Assembly (NCBI RefSeq): GCF_009914755.1
Contig: NC_060935.1
DNA from: the human T2T-CHM13v2.0 reference genome, Homo sapiens
Direction: 5' to 3' (one strand)
Length of the DNA: 64,000 bases
The notes beneath the pieces are model-generated. The model searched no databases. It was given only the letters and a program-made list of their open reading frames with translations, and had not been told where the DNA came from. Position numbers and translations under genes: made by a program. This document shows, one piece after another, positions 1 through 14,272 of this stretch (position 1 is its first letter; the number at the start of each line of letters is the position of its first letter).

Positions 1-215
1 ATGTCTCTGGTCCCAAATCCTAACTCCCACAACCCCCCATGAGAATCTGTAGGACTTAGATAGCCTGTCCCTTCTGATTAGTAGGCTTCCCCAGGTTGGG
101 AGTCCCCTGGAATCTTTCCCAAGCAGTGATCACAGTTCCCTCATTTCCTACAGTGCAACAAAATAAATCCTAAGGGATAGGTCATCTGGATTGGGTTTGG
201 GAAATAATGAGAAGG

Positions 216-522
216 GGCTGGGCACAGTGGCTCACGTCTGTAATCCCAGCACTTTGGGAGGCCGAGGTACACAGATCACTTGAGTCCAGGAGTTCAGAGA
301 CCAGCCTGGCCAACATGGCAAAACCCCATCTCTACAAAAAATACAAAAATTAGCTGGGCGTGGTTTCACACACCTGTAATCCTAGCTTACTCTGATGGCT
401 GAGGCATGAGAATCGCTTGAATCCAGGAGGTGGAGGTTGCAGTGAGCCGAGATCATGCCACTGCACTCCAGTCTGGATGATGGAGTGAAATTCTGTCTCA
501 GGAAAAAAAAAAAAGAAAAAAG
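216..522 (+). mobile_element. Alu (S-type)
   Basis: Full dimer with A-tail. Confidence 0.95.
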
Positions 523-1295
523 AAGCTCTGTGAATTTTACCCCCGTGGTTGGAATATTTGTAAAATGCTTGGCTTCCCTTTCCTGCTTCAGTCAGTGACT
601 GTTCTGGGAGTCTCTCTTCTAGCCCCTGTCCTGGGGCTCAGGCATTGCTGCAGTGGCCACTGGTGTCTGGTGTGGGAGATGGGTAGAATCAGCTATCTGT
701 GGGGTCGTGTGTTTTGTTTTTTTCTTTAAATAATATATGATGTTTCCTGGCCATTTTAATGTTCTTCTGGGACAGGAAGAGTAGAAAAATATTCCGGTTG
801 ACTGAGAATTCTAGTTAGTATCAGAGGTAGAGTAGACCTTAGTAATTATCTAGTTCAAAGCCGGCGTTTTACATGGAAGGAAACTGAGGCCCAGAGAAGG
901 GATGTGACCCAAACAAGGTCCCATGCGAAGTCAGAAACTAGATTTCTTATTGGGCTTTTCTTCCCAGACCACGTTCATATCTGGCCTCTTGCTGTATTCT
1001 CTTTGGCTCAGGAGGGAAAGGAGGGGCAGGGCAAGACAAAGATGCCGTGTCTTGGTCATAGGTGGGAAAACTGAGGCACAGAGTGACTTCGCAGTTTGCC
1101 CGGCCCTAGGTAGAGTCAACATAGGCATGGTAGGTCTCCACTTTTGCCATAAGCCCTGTGGAGCCACAGTGACCGCCATGGGTTAGGGAGGTGTGATGTC
1201 AGGCTGTTGGGGTTTAGAAGTGAAGCCAAGGGGCCTGGACAGGGGAATAATGAGGGAAGAGAGGAGACTCTCCTGACCCTCCCTCTTGCTCCCAG

Positions 1296-1412
1296 GCACG
1301 ACCCCTGACCCGCTACCTGCCAATCCGGAAGGAGGACTTTGACCTGAAGACACATATTGAGTCATCGGGCCATGGTGTTGATACCTGCCTGCACGTGGTG
1401 CTCAGCAGCAAG
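1296..1412 (+). CDS. PHLDB1: PHLDB1 internal coding exon (ARPLTRYLPIRKEDFDLKTHIESSGHGVDTCLHVVLSSK)
   Basis: Polypyrimidine-cccag acceptor, 117-nt open frame, AAG|gtacaa donor; peptide matches the pre-PH region of PHLDB1/LL5-alpha. Confidence 0.95.
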
Positions 1413-1519
1413 GTACAAGGCGTGTGTGGCCCTGGGGTGCTGGGGAGAGGGAGAATCCCGTGGTGAGAGGCACCTCCTGGGTCGTTGGAATAGTGGCGTC
1501 AGTCTCTACCCTCACCTAA

Positions 1520-1903
<384 letters not shown>

Positions 1904-2422
1904 TGAAAATGTACACAATGTACCTGGTTCACCTCCATTTTTGTGTTCATTCATTCATTCCTTCATTCAGCAATGTTACTAAGCATCTAGTAAGTTCTAG
2001 GCACTGTTCTAGGCTCTGGTGATGAGTAAGATGGCCACAGCGCTCTCATGGAGCTTATAATCAGGGAAGCAGACAAGAGTGATAACCACGCACAATGGGT
2101 ATGCTGATAGGAGACATCCAGGCACTGCAGGAGCATGGGGTCTTATGGTCAGAGTTGGGCTGGGAACTCCCCCTTGGACAAATTCCATCAGAGATTCCAA
2201 GACAAGCAGTTGAACAGTGCCAAAGAGTGCTCAGGATAGCCCAGGAACAGGCCGACTAGACCCTCTTGCTCTCTCAGCTCTCTCCGTTCCAGCATCTAGC
2301 CTAGTTTCCCATCCCTGGAACTCCCTTGTACTTTTCCCACTTGGAGCGTGGGATGCTGTGTTATACCCTAGTCAGGAGGAGGTAAGGTATGCTGCAGTAA
2401 CAAGAAGTCATAAAATCCCAGT

Positions 2423-3127
<705 letters not shown>

Positions 3128-5924
3128 TCAGCATGGCTTTTGGGAACATTTCTGGCCACAGTGGCAGAGGGAAAGAGAGGCTTAAGTGAGCCCGGCCTTG
3201 GTATTAAATGTCCTAGTTGGGAAGTGACACACATCATTTCTGTCCAGAAGTCATAGATGGGGCTGTCTGCCAGTCACACAGCCTCACCTAGCCACACAGC
3301 TGGGAAGAGCAATCCTGCTAGGAGCTCAGAAGAGGGGAAAGGGCTGCAGAGTTTGGTGCCAGAGATGCTCAGGTCTGGAGTGCCCACTTCCCCCCTAACC
3401 TGGTCCCTGATCACCTGCTGGCCCCTCTAAGAAACCTTCCCTGACCACCCTGGGTCTTGGGTGTTTTGAGGAGGCAGGAGGACCAGAAGCACAGGTGTCC
3501 CATGTTTCTCTCTGGGCCAGGAAGGTAGAGGGACTAGGGACTTTGGAGAGGAAGAAACATGCCTGGGGAAAGGAGTTCCATTTTAGGCATGTTGAGATTG
3601 AAGTGCCTCTGGGACATCTAGGTTTAGGAGGATGGTCAGGATTAGAGGTGGAGTAATAGTTGAATCAGGTGGAATAATAGTAATAGCAGATCACCTTTAT
3701 CAAGCACTTGCATGAGCCAGGCGCTGTGCTAAGCACTCTGCATGCATCATCTCATTAATCTTTGAAATAATCCTATGAGGGAAACACTATTTTTATGCCA
3801 TTTTACCGATGAGGAAAATGATGCTCAGAGAGGTTAAGTAAATTGCCCAAGGTCCCACAGCTCCTAAGAGACAGAGATAAGACTGAACCTGGGCAGTCAG
3901 ACTGCAGAGCAGAGAAGAGGGGAGGGAGAGGGCCGAACCCTGGGGCAGGCCTACCCGTGTGGGGAAGGAGAAAGAGGAGAGACCAGCAGAGGGAGAAGGG
4001 GCAGGAGACAGGAAGCCAGCACTAACCACATGCCAGGTGCTGGGCTGGTGCTTGGCATATGTGGCCTTAGTTAGCGCCTGTGGAACAAAAGGAGACTAAG
4101 TTCAGATGGCAGGAATAGAAATGGGAGCAGAAACAGGGAAGGAAGCCAGCCAAAGGAGCAGACATTCACAAGCAGGAGGTGTCACCAGCAGTGATGGATG
4201 CTGCAGGAAGGCCAAGAAAGATGTGGCCCAAAGGCTGTTAGACTCAGGGATGGGAGCTTGTCAAGAGAAGGCTTTCTGCTGTGCATGGGGCCAGGAGCCA
4301 GACTGCACAAGATTGAGGATAGGTGGGTGGTAAGGAAGCGGAGGCAGGAGTGTGTTACTATTTCCTGTGAAGGAAGGGATGGGAGAGAACAGGAGCTGGA
4401 GGGCTGAGCAGGCCCAGAGCCAGGCAGGGCTGGTCCTTTACCAAGGAGGAAATGTCAGAAATGGGCCTGTGGCTGGATAAGGGCCATGGGTGCCTTGCCT
4501 ATTCCGCTTGGACCCTCTTCCTGCCAACTCGATAGAAACCCCCTCATTGCATGGAGTCCAGATTACGTATTATATCTAGGAAGCCTTTCCTGACCCCACC
4601 TTACTAGGAGTGATTCCCACCCTCCTCTGAACCCCTGCATTATCCAGCATCTGTTTTTCCATGTGACATCAATCCAGGAGTGTAATGATATAATAACAGT
4701 GCCACGTTATGTGCCACACACTGTGCTGAATACCTTAAATGTGTTCTTTCATTTAATACTCATGACAACCTGTGATGCGTAGGTGGTCTCATGGGGTTCC
4801 TAGCCATGCCTTTAGTAGCTATTTACATAGCTGTGTGTCTGTATTTTCCTCACTGTGAGATTGTAGTTTCCTAAGAGAAGGGTCTCTGACTTCTCTCTGA
4901 ATCCCAGTGTCTAGGACTCATTCCTTCAGTATTGGGTACCTACTGTGTGCCAGGCACATAGTTGTTTGTGTTGGGGGAGGTAGACCATGGAATGGATAAA
5001 GGAGGATTCAGATTCAGCATAAGTTCTATACAGAGGAGCATCTGTGCTTTGGGAACACAGGAGAGCACAACTGTGCACTGTCGTGGTGACATTTTGCAAT
5101 GGGTCTTGAAGATCATTTAGGAGTTTGCTAAGGAAATGGGCTGGAGGAGATAGTTCCAGCATACAGGGTGTATTATTAAGGGAACAGTGAGAAGCTCAGA
5201 TAGGACTTGGGACTCATGCAGGGGAAGGTTATGATACAAGGCTGGAGGGACATGTTGGCAGCAGTCCGTAAGTTGCCTTTACCAAGCTGCAGAGGTCGGG
5301 GAGAGGAGGAGCACTCGGGAAGGAACTTACTTCCAGCCGGCACCATTGAATTTAGTGATTCGCGTGACCTCTCCTGTAGGACGCAGGCTCACTGTTAAGG
5401 ATGTCAGCTGTAGCATCTGAGCAGTGCCACAGACAAGTTGGCCCAGGCCCTGTGCTTTCCCTTGACAGGGATCCTGCCCCTTCTCACTGAATGGTCACCT
5501 CTGCTCAGGTAGTTTGCCCCTTTCCTGCCACCTCTGACCTCCAGAGGCTATATGCTATATGTATATGCTAACTGCTCTGTACACATCAAGGGAGTGTGCT
5601 TCCTATCTTTTTTTTTAAAAAATAGGTAAAAGTATTCATATAGTTCAAAAATAAAAAATATATAAAAAGGTTTAAATTGAGAATTATGCCCCACCCACTA
5701 CAGTAACTAATTTTATAAATCTCTTGTGTATCCTTATAGAGTTTCTATAGGAGAATATAAACAAATACTTTTTCTTGCACAAAAGGTGGCATACAGTACA
5801 TTCTTTTTACCTCCTAATGTGTCTTAGAGATCATTTTATATCAAATTTATCTATATCTAGACATTATATCTCGATATAAATTATAGACTTATTTCTGAGT
5901 CTGTATCTGTATCAGATATTTCTT

Positions 5925-6275
<351 letters not shown>

Positions 6276-6803
6276 TGATGTGACACACACTAACTTATTA
6301 ACCAGTCTCCACTTGATTGATATTTTGGTTGTTTCCAATCTTCTGTGACTGCAGACAATACTATACTTAATAATCTTGTGTGTGTTACTTTGTATATGTG
6401 AAAGAGAAATTCTCCTAAATGTAAGCATTGGATCAAAAGATAAATGCCTTTCTAATTTTGATAGACATGGCCAAATTGTTCATAAGGGTTTTACCAATTT
6501 ATACTCCCACATGTCATTAGACTGCCTCCTTCACCATAGACTTGCCAAAAGTGTGCTGTATATTTGTTGTATGTTTTTGTCATTGGGGTAGGTGAGAAGT
6601 GGTATCTCAGTGGAGTTCTGATTTGTATTTCTCTGTGATTATGAGTGAGGCTGAGCATTATCCATATCTTTAGGATTCTGTATTGGGTTCTGTTTGGGGG
6701 TCTTGGGAGACTAGGATCTTCACCCCATTTCCCAGATTTGGAAGCTCAGGCCATGGAGCTCCACGTAAATGGAGCTAGACCTGAAGTGTGACCGGCTCCA
6801 TAG

Positions 6804-7113
<310 letters not shown>

Positions 7114-7846
7114 GTACCCCTCCCCACTTAGCTGTAACCAGCACATTAACACCTCCTGTACCCCACTCATCCCTGACCCTTGACCTCCCCTTCATCCCCC
7201 TCCCTTCCCCCAGGCCCAAGGGAGGAGCAGAAAGCAGGTTGCAAAGAGCAAGAAGCTCCTGTGGGCTTGGGTGCCTCTCTCTCCTTGTTGCCTCCCTCTC
7301 CTGGAAATGACAGCAGACCCCATGGGGGTCTGGTGATAGAGAAGGGATGGCCGGAAGGGGTGGAGGGGACCCTTAAAGACTAGATTTAATAGGGAGAAAT
7401 TGATAAACAGGAGATATTGGAGGCTGGGGCCTGCTTCCCTAGTGCAAGTCAGCCTTCCTGCCCCCAGCCCTCTGGTGCCCACCCCAGTCCTGATCTCTGC
7501 TCCTCTGGGGTCCCAGGGCCTGGCATCCTACTTGTTGCTTTTTCTGTCTGCCGCTGTTTTGCTGAGAGGAAACTCTGGTCCTCACTGGAAAAGCCTTTGT
7601 GTTTGATCCTCTTGATACTCACTTTTGAACCTGGGGCGCCAAGGACCAGTGCCCCCCTTGTCAGGGTATAGCTCTGTCAGGGTCCAGGGAGTTTAGAGAG
7701 CCCAGGACTGCTGTGGTGTGAGAAGGGAACATTTCAGCCTGGGGCTCACATGGACTGGTAGGGTCTAGGCTCTGGACCTATTTAGGACTAAGCTCCAGGG
7801 CTTTCTAGGGGCTGGGAGGGGAAAGGGCAGATAGGGAGGCAGGTGA

Positions 7847-8044
<198 letters not shown>

Positions 8045-9226
8045 CTGCCGTGGGCCTCCTGGCAGAGCACAACTGGGGCTTTTGTATAAGAAGACTTTAA
8101 TATTCTGTAAGGAGCTTGGTCCTGTGAGTTTCTGGGCTCTGGCCTCCTGAAGAACCAGCCAGAAGAAGAAAAGTAGAGGTGGCTTTGCTGCCTCCTGGGA
8201 GCCCAGAACTTGCAGTAACCCTTTAGGGTCCTGCCCCAGGCCCAGCCAGGGCTGAGGAGCTGTCACAGAGAGGGCCTCAGCTCTGACCTGACACCTGCTC
8301 TCCCCAGCCTGTTTTCTCTTTTCTAAAAGACAAATTATGGTACCATAAGCTGCCAAAGATCCCCTCCTGCCTCAGACCCCTTTGCCAGGGGCTTTGGGGG
8401 CTGAGCAGAGCCACATCCAGAGTGGGGTAATAGCTCAGGCGGCCCGCTTCCCATTTCTCAAACCCCGCTCTGCCCCATTGTTCTCCTTTCCCTTATACTT
8501 TTTATTACCTTGCTCAAGGGCCAGAGATCTCAAGTGTCAACCTTGAGGTCCCAGCTCCATCCCCTAGTTGCAGACTCATCACCATGGTTACCATAGTGAC
8601 TGCTTCATTGCCATGGTTACATACTAATTGCTGCAGCTCTGTGGCCCAGCCCACTGCTTCAGCTGTGGGCCATCTGAGGGTACGTGCCATCATCTCTCCA
8701 GCCCAGGCCCCTGGGCATCTCATGCTGGGGGGAAGGGACTGAATACCTTTTTCCTTCCCCCTGCCTGTGTCTTCAGCCCTGATGCACAGGCTGCCAGCCC
8801 CCCAGTCCAGCCCTCTCCCTTCCACTGGTGCCTTGCTTAGAGCCAGAAGGGATGAAGCCGGGGGATCTATGGAACAGAGGAGGAGCGATGCAGTTGGGAG
8901 AGGAAGCTAGAAGGGTTATGGTTGGAGTTCTGTACAGTGTTGAGTTTCCGACAGGGAAAGAGGATTCCTCCAATGCTCCTAGAGAGAAAGCCTGAGCAGG
9001 AGATGATGCAGCAGAGGGGAAGGGCCCTGTGGTGCCGCCGCCCTTCCTTCAGCCTCCGAAGGGTGATGGAAATGGAGAGTGGAGGACCAGGCCTCCAGCT
9101 GTCTGGCCTCGCCCTTCACGCCTTAACACTAAGCCCACCTCCCCTGCTCTCCTTCCCAGCATTGAGCCCTTGGTTGCCTGGGCCCAGGCTGGGGGTTTTC
9201 AGTATTTGTAAGCATTTCAGCAGAAC

Positions 9227-9232
9227 AATAAA
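9227..9232 (+). terminator. PHLDB1: PHLDB1 polyadenylation signal AATAAA
   Basis: AATAAA ~1.2 kb after the stop, followed by GT-rich sequence. Confidence 0.8.
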
Positions 9233-9465
9233 GCCTTTGGACTACGGAAGTGAGTGGAAGGCCGGTGTGGGGCTTGGCGCTGAGGCACTTGGGGATAGGT
9301 CTTCCCTCCAGAGCAGGATTTCCACCCTATTCAAGGTTCCAGGAGGGAGCTAGGCCCCTACCCATGACCTCCAGGTCGTGACCCTGCCCTCCACTTCGCT
9401 CTGAGGACAGGCTGGGAGGTAGGAGGGCATGAAGAGGCAGGGGAAGGCAGGAACTGGTGCAGAGG

Positions 9466-9471
9466 TTTAAT
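9466..9471 (-). terminator. TREH: TREH proximal polyadenylation signal ATTAAA
   Basis: TTTAAT on + strand, 38 nt past the TREH stop; conserved in the pseudogene copy at 39198-39203. Confidence 0.6.
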
Positions 9472-9509
9472 GGGGCAGGAGCTGGGGCCAGGTGAGGAGA
9501 GGAGGGCTG

Positions 9510-9662
9510 TCACCATGGCAGGAGGCTGAGCAGGAGGCTGGGCAGAAGGGTGGCCGCCAGGCAGTGGGGCTCCAGGAAAGCCAGCTTGGCCCCTGAGGTC
9601 AGCCGGTCACCATAGCGGTCCAGCAGCATCAGGACCACGCCATTCGTCCAGCCAAATCCCTC
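9510..9662 (-). CDS. TREH: TREH exon 15 (EGFGWTNG...LLSLLPW*; GPI signal)
   Basis: ctcccag acceptor; TGA at 9510-9512; hydrophobic tail after the small-residue TSG site. Confidence 0.97.
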   Translation of the reverse strand, partial: EGFGWTNGVVLMLLDRYGDRLTSGAKLAFLEPHCLAATLLPSLLLSLLPW

Positions 9663-9900
9663 CTGGGAGAGGCAGGGCAGTGGGGCCAGTTTCTGGGGAA
9701 GCCTCATACCCTTGGTGGGGGCTGTGGGCTCTCTCCCCAGGGGCACTGGCCCTGCCTAACCCCAGCGGTACAGGAAGCACCAGTCAGCTCCTCCCCCGGG
9801 CCCACATGCAGGTGAGCACACTGAGGCCTGGGGCGGGGGTCATGAGCAGCAGAGTTCAGGAGTTCCCTGGTGTTGGCCAGCCCACCCCTGGCCTGCTCAC

Positions 9901-9954
9901 CTGAACTTCATATTCTCCTCCCCCACCGGGCTGTCCACCGTTGCTGACGTCATA
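9901..9954 (-). CDS. TREH: TREH exon 14 (YDVSNGGQPGGGGEYEVQ)
   Basis: AG/GT boundaries, 54 nt, GGGEY motif. Confidence 0.97.
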
Positions 9955-10125
9955 CTGGGGACAAGCGGGTGGGCTGTATGTCAGGTACTGCCCCCCAGCT
10001 CCAGGAACAACAAACAACCAGAGCCCCTGGGGAGAAGCTGCTCTGCCTGCCCAGCAGCCCCTGCAGTGCTCAGGAGTGGCCACTGGGACAGCCTGGGGGT
10101 GCAGGGAGGGCTTGGGCCAGCTCAC

Positions 10126-10238
10126 CTTCTCATACATGGCTGACTTCTGCGAGTAGACATCAAAATTGGTTCGGATCCAATTCTGAGCCAGCTGGAAAGC
10201 CACTTCCTGGGCCCGACGTAAAGGTGCCTTGGCCAGGC
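10126..10238 (-). CDS. TREH: TREH exon 13 (GLAKAPLRRAQ...SAMYEK)
   Basis: tag acceptor, gtgag donor, 113 nt; contains MYEK (catalytic Glu region). Confidence 0.97.
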
Positions 10239-10590
10239 CTAGACCCCATTGCAGGCAGGACTCAACCTCCAGGTCTCCCATCCCAGACAGAGCAGTGGCT
10301 GCACCCTACTCTCCCCAAGGAGGGAAAGAGGCCTGGGCCCTAAGACTTCCTTCCTGAGACCACAGGCCAAACTGCCCTTAATCGACGGCCCTGGTTTGAA
10401 GGGCGAACAGGACTGATTGCACTGGACAGGCTGGGTGGACATAAGTGTCAAGTGGAGGCCAGGAGAGCAGAGGAGCGAGAGAAAGGATACGGGGCCTCTT
10501 GTGTCTTTTGTTCATGCCTCCCCAGCACCAGGGAGGCCCACCTCTACACCCTGGGAAGGGTCCTTGGCTGTGTCAGCCCTGCCTCCCTAC

Positions 10591-10702
10591 CTCTGATGAC
10601 CAGGTCCTGCAGGGGGGCCCAGGCATTGGGGAAATCCCACTGCTGGCCTGTCTTCTGGAGAGAGGTCGGGATCCCATACTGGTAAGTCAGGATCCGGTTG
10701 TC
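10591..10702 (-). CDS. TREH: TREH exon 12 (DNRILTYQYGIPTSLQKTGQQWDFPNAWAPLQDLVIR)
   Basis: AG/GT boundaries, 112 nt; trehalase signature QWDxPxxWAP. Confidence 0.97.
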
Positions 10703-10967
10703 CTAGAAGGTCCCAGACATTCCCATGACTGTGGGTGGGGCTGGACTGGGAGCCAGGACAGGACGCTGGACCCCGCGGGAAGCCAGACGTCCCCTTCCTG
10801 GCTCTTCTTTTCTCGGCTCACAGCTGCCCCCCGGTGGCTCTGGTGGGACCCGCAGGCTGGGACAAGGGGCATAGCCGGAGGAAGCGCCCTCCCCTGCAGG
10901 TCCTGTTCAGGGTCGGGAGGGGGCGGTGCTGCCTGCAGTGGACCCGAGCCACCTGCTGTGCCCTCAC

Positions 10968-11185
10968 CTCCAGGTATTTCAGAGCCTTGTCCGCCACGCC
11001 AGGGTCAGAGAAACACCCGGCCCAGAGTGGAGTGAGGTTGGATGGGTAAAACTCCCGGTTTTTCTTCTTCTTCTCAAGGTCGTAATCGAACCAGGCTCCG
11101 GTCTGCTCATCCCACAGGACTGTGTTCAGGGCGGCCAAGCGCTGCGACCGCAGGATTCTGTACTTCGTGGCCTGGGAGTCGTTCC
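10968..11185 (-). CDS. TREH: TREH exon 11 (NDSQATKY...KALKYLE)
   Basis: AG/GT boundaries, 218 nt, embedded in ORF 10818..11531. Confidence 0.97.
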
Positions 11186-11759
11186 CTGGGGCAGTGCTGC
11201 CTTTAGAGCCAGCAGCCAGTGCCCTGCCTGCTGCCCCAGGCTTTTTTCGTGGTTCTACTTTAGCCTCCCCGCTTTGTGTTTCTCTGCAAAGGCTGAGACA
11301 CCCTGATGACCAAGGGGATGTGCCGATCTGGAGCCCACCACATTTCTGGCCTATGGCCCCGCACTGCTCCCAGGGAACCACTGGAGCTGATCTGTCCCCA
11401 GGGTCTCCAGGGTCTATCCTCCCAAGGGTACTGGCTGGGTGGATTCCCCTAGCTCTTAGGGGGTCAAGGGCAGCTGTCTGAGGGAGAGGGAGTGGAAGGA
11501 TTTTGGATGCGTGGACTAGGGTTCCCCTCACAGACCCTAGAGACCCTCACAGTAAGAAAGGGAGGAAGAGAGGATTAGGGTTGGCTCCGTTTGTTCTCTT
11601 GTCTGGTACGCAAATGTGAGTGCAGGCTTCCACTAGGGCGGGGCTCGACAGGCTAAGTTGCTGAAGGCCTGTCACACAAGGGTCCTACTTCCAGTTCTAT
11701 TGCCAAGCCTGAGCAGGAAACCAAGCTCCCTGCTTTCCCTTCCCTACTGGGGTGCTCAC

Positions 11760-11954
11760 CCAGCCTGGAATAGAAGTTGCTCATCAGCTCCTCTGCTTGG
11801 CATAGGAAGGCATTCAGGTCAACAGGCACCAGTTTGCTTGTTCGGATGCCGCTAAGCGAGTTGGGGTTTGGGCCTCCAATGAGCCAGCGTGAAGAGAAGT
11901 CCCAGCCAGACTCAGCCCCAGCCTTGAGCTCAGCCCACAGAGCCTCCCGGTCTC
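11760..11954 (-). CDS. TREH: TREH exon 10 (DREALWAELKAGAESGWDFSSRW...YSRL)
   Basis: AG/GT boundaries, 195 nt; catalytic Asp motif ESGWD. Confidence 0.97.
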
Positions 11955-12086
11955 CTGTGAGGACAGAGCAGGGAACCAGCCAGTCCCGGCTGCAGGATAG
12001 GCAGCCATTGACAGGAGACCAGAGCCTGACACAGCAGGTGTGCAGCTGCCCTGCCCCCAGCCCTCCCTCACCCTCCTGCTGCTCAC

Positions 12087-12136
12087 CTTCTGGCAAGGTG
12101 TCAGCCAACTCCACATCTTTGCTGTAGGACTCAGGC
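12087..12136 (-). CDS. TREH: TREH exon 9 (PESYSKDVELADTLPE)
   Basis: AG/GT boundaries, 50 nt; completes the RPES motif. Confidence 0.96.
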
Positions 12137-12380
12137 CTGGCAAAGAGGAGAGGTGGGCAGCCTGGCACTAGTAGCTACTAAGCCCCTCTGTGGTCAAGAA
12201 GAGGCTGAGCCATCTTGATCCAGCTGCCCTTGGGCCCCACAGCCCAGGATTGCAGAGGGCTCTCGGTGTCACCATCTGAGAGGCCAGGCTAAGTCACTCC
12301 TCCTCCTGCCCGGGGCATTGTGATGCTCTAACCAGAGTGAGCAGGTAAGAGATTGAGGGGTGGGCTGCCCAGTTCCTCAC

Positions 12381-12503
12381 CTGGGTCCCCCATAAGGGAC
12401 ATAATAGCGATTCAGGAGGTAGTTCTTTCCCTCCAAGCTCACAGAGACAGTCCTGTTCTTGGTCCAAAAGTCCAATTCCAAGGCTAGTGTTTCAATGTTT
12501 TCC
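12381..12503 (-). CDS. TREH: TREH exon 8 (ENIETLALELDFW...YGGP)
   Basis: AG/GT boundaries, 123 nt. Confidence 0.96.
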
Positions 12504-12613
12504 CTGGAGTGAAGCAGACAACACCTCAGCCCAGGCGTGCTGCCCATCCCCAGCCCTGAGAGGTCTGAGGGATGGGTGGGTCTGCAGAGCAGCACAGGGA
12601 GGGTGGTACCCAC

Positions 12614-12730
12614 TGTAGAAAGGCGGTGTCATTGGTGTGAGTCAAGTAGCAATCCATCATGAGGGTCAAGAGTGGGGGCTGGCTCCGCTGCAGGTAGTAC
12701 ACGCGCCCACCATTGGGGACATGCCCATAG
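12614..12730 (-). CDS. TREH: TREH exon 7 (YGHVPNGGRVYYLQRSQPPLL...)
   Basis: AG/GT boundaries, 117 nt; PNG-R-YY-RSQPP motif. Confidence 0.97.
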
Positions 12731-12857
12731 CTGCCAAGGGGAAGGCCTGCTGAGATGCCCTCTCCCCAGCAACTGGCACCAAGGCAATCCAGCTGCATGC
12801 CCGTGGCACACCTGCCTCTCCTCCCCACCTAGGCTGGAGGTGCCTGGCCCCCCTCAC

Positions 12858-12950
12858 GTTTTCACCAGGTCCAAGAAGTTCTGCAGCATGCCCTTCACCG
12901 TCTCAGCCATCTCTGAGAGGAGCAGACCCTCCATGACCCAGTAGGAGTCC
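12858..12950 (-). CDS. TREH: TREH exon 6 (DSYWVMEGLLLSEM...DLVK)
   Basis: AG/GT boundaries, 93 nt. Confidence 0.97.
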
Positions 12951-13110
12951 CTGGGGAAGGGGCAGCTTAGGCACCACCCTGCTGCCTCCCTCTGCCCTGC
13001 ACACCAGCCAGTGGGGCACTCTGCCCTGCTGAAGACACCCTGCTGGCCCTGGGTTTCTCCACCACTGCCAGTCCTGCAGGCCCCTTGGTCTCTTGGGCCT
13101 GGGCGCTCAC

Positions 13111-13211
13111 CAGTAGTAGAACTCAACAAAGCGACCGCCAGGCACAATGAAGGGATGTTCTGAGTAGATGAGAGAGAACCGCTCAGGGTGGCTGAGAACC
13201 TCTGGCTTCAT
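13111..13211 (-). CDS. TREH: TREH exon 5 (MKPEVLSHPERFSLIYSEHPFIVPGGRFVEFYY)
   Basis: AG/GT boundaries, 101 nt; signature PGGRFxEFYYW. Confidence 0.97.
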
Positions 13212-14101
13212 CTGGAGTCGGGAGAGAGGGCAAGGGGAGCCTAGAATCCCCACGGAAGCAGAGGCTACAGGCAGCTGGGGGATCTGAGGCCCCGGGAGTC
13301 ACAGCTTTGGAGCCAGGCAGTTGGGTTCAGCGCTGGCTCCACTGCTACTCAGCCATGTAATCAAGGCCTGGCCGCTGGGAGCCTTGGGGTCCTCATCCCT
13401 CACCTGCCGGCCTTGGGAGTCCCAGCTCAACTTGGTGCCGGGTAGAAGACCCGACCACTGAGCCAGGCACTGGGCAGGTATCCACCAAGCAGTGGCCATT
13501 ACGAAGACCCAGGGTGGGCTGGGTGGGTGAGGGGGGTGCCAGCCCCCCATTTCCGCTCTACTCCCCATCCTTGCTGCCACCACCCAGCCGGGCCCAGAGG
13601 ATTGGCCCATCACCCCCATTCTCTGAGCCAGGTGGGGATAAAACCCCAAACCCTTTCCCCAGGTGAGGGGATGTGGATGAGCAAAGTAGCTCAGGACAGG
13701 GCTGAACACAGGGCCTGGCCCCACGCAGCAGTAGCACTGATTCCTCCTGAGACGGAGGCCTGGCCCAGGAGCTCAGGGAAGGAGAGAGCCCAGCAGGCAG
13801 TGAACATCTACCCAGTGGTGCCAGAGGCAGTGCTGGGCAGCCTGGAGGTGGCAGGGCAGGCTAGGGTTTCCTGGGGAGGCTAGGGAGCCTTCCTGGAGGA
13901 GGCGAGATGTTAGAAGTAGATGCTGCCCTTCTGACCTCAGAAGTTCTTTCTAGAGGGCCTCTATTTGGGGACCCAGGGGCCAGGGACTGGTTTCTCAGGA
14001 AAGGAAACCTGATCTGTGCTCCGAAGACACTGTGGGCCCCAGGCACATTCCTCTCTTCAGTTCCCTTGGTCAGGCCTTGGGCAGGCCCAGGACGCTGATA
14101 C

Positions 14102-14189
14102 CTTCTTCCCCAGCTTCTTCCAGAGCTGATGCAGCTGCCCTGCCCAGGCACGCAGTTTGGCATCTGAAATCTTCTGCAGGAACTGGGGG
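14102..14189 (-). CDS. TREH: TREH exon 4 (PQFLQKISDAKLRAWAGQLHQLWKKLGKK)
   Basis: ttcag acceptor, AAG|gtatca donor, 88 nt. Confidence 0.95.
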
Positions 14190-14272
14190 CTGAAAGAACA
14201 CAGGCCCCACAGGGTTCAAGGAGGCAGCTCAGTTGGAAGGAACCCTCTCTTGTTCCCCTTCCAGAGTCATAC

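Noticed and set aside
10445-11531. Long ORFs of 196 aa (+) and 237 aa (-)
   Set aside because: The minus ORF is TREH exon 11 extended into GC-rich introns; the plus ORF is its antisense shadow
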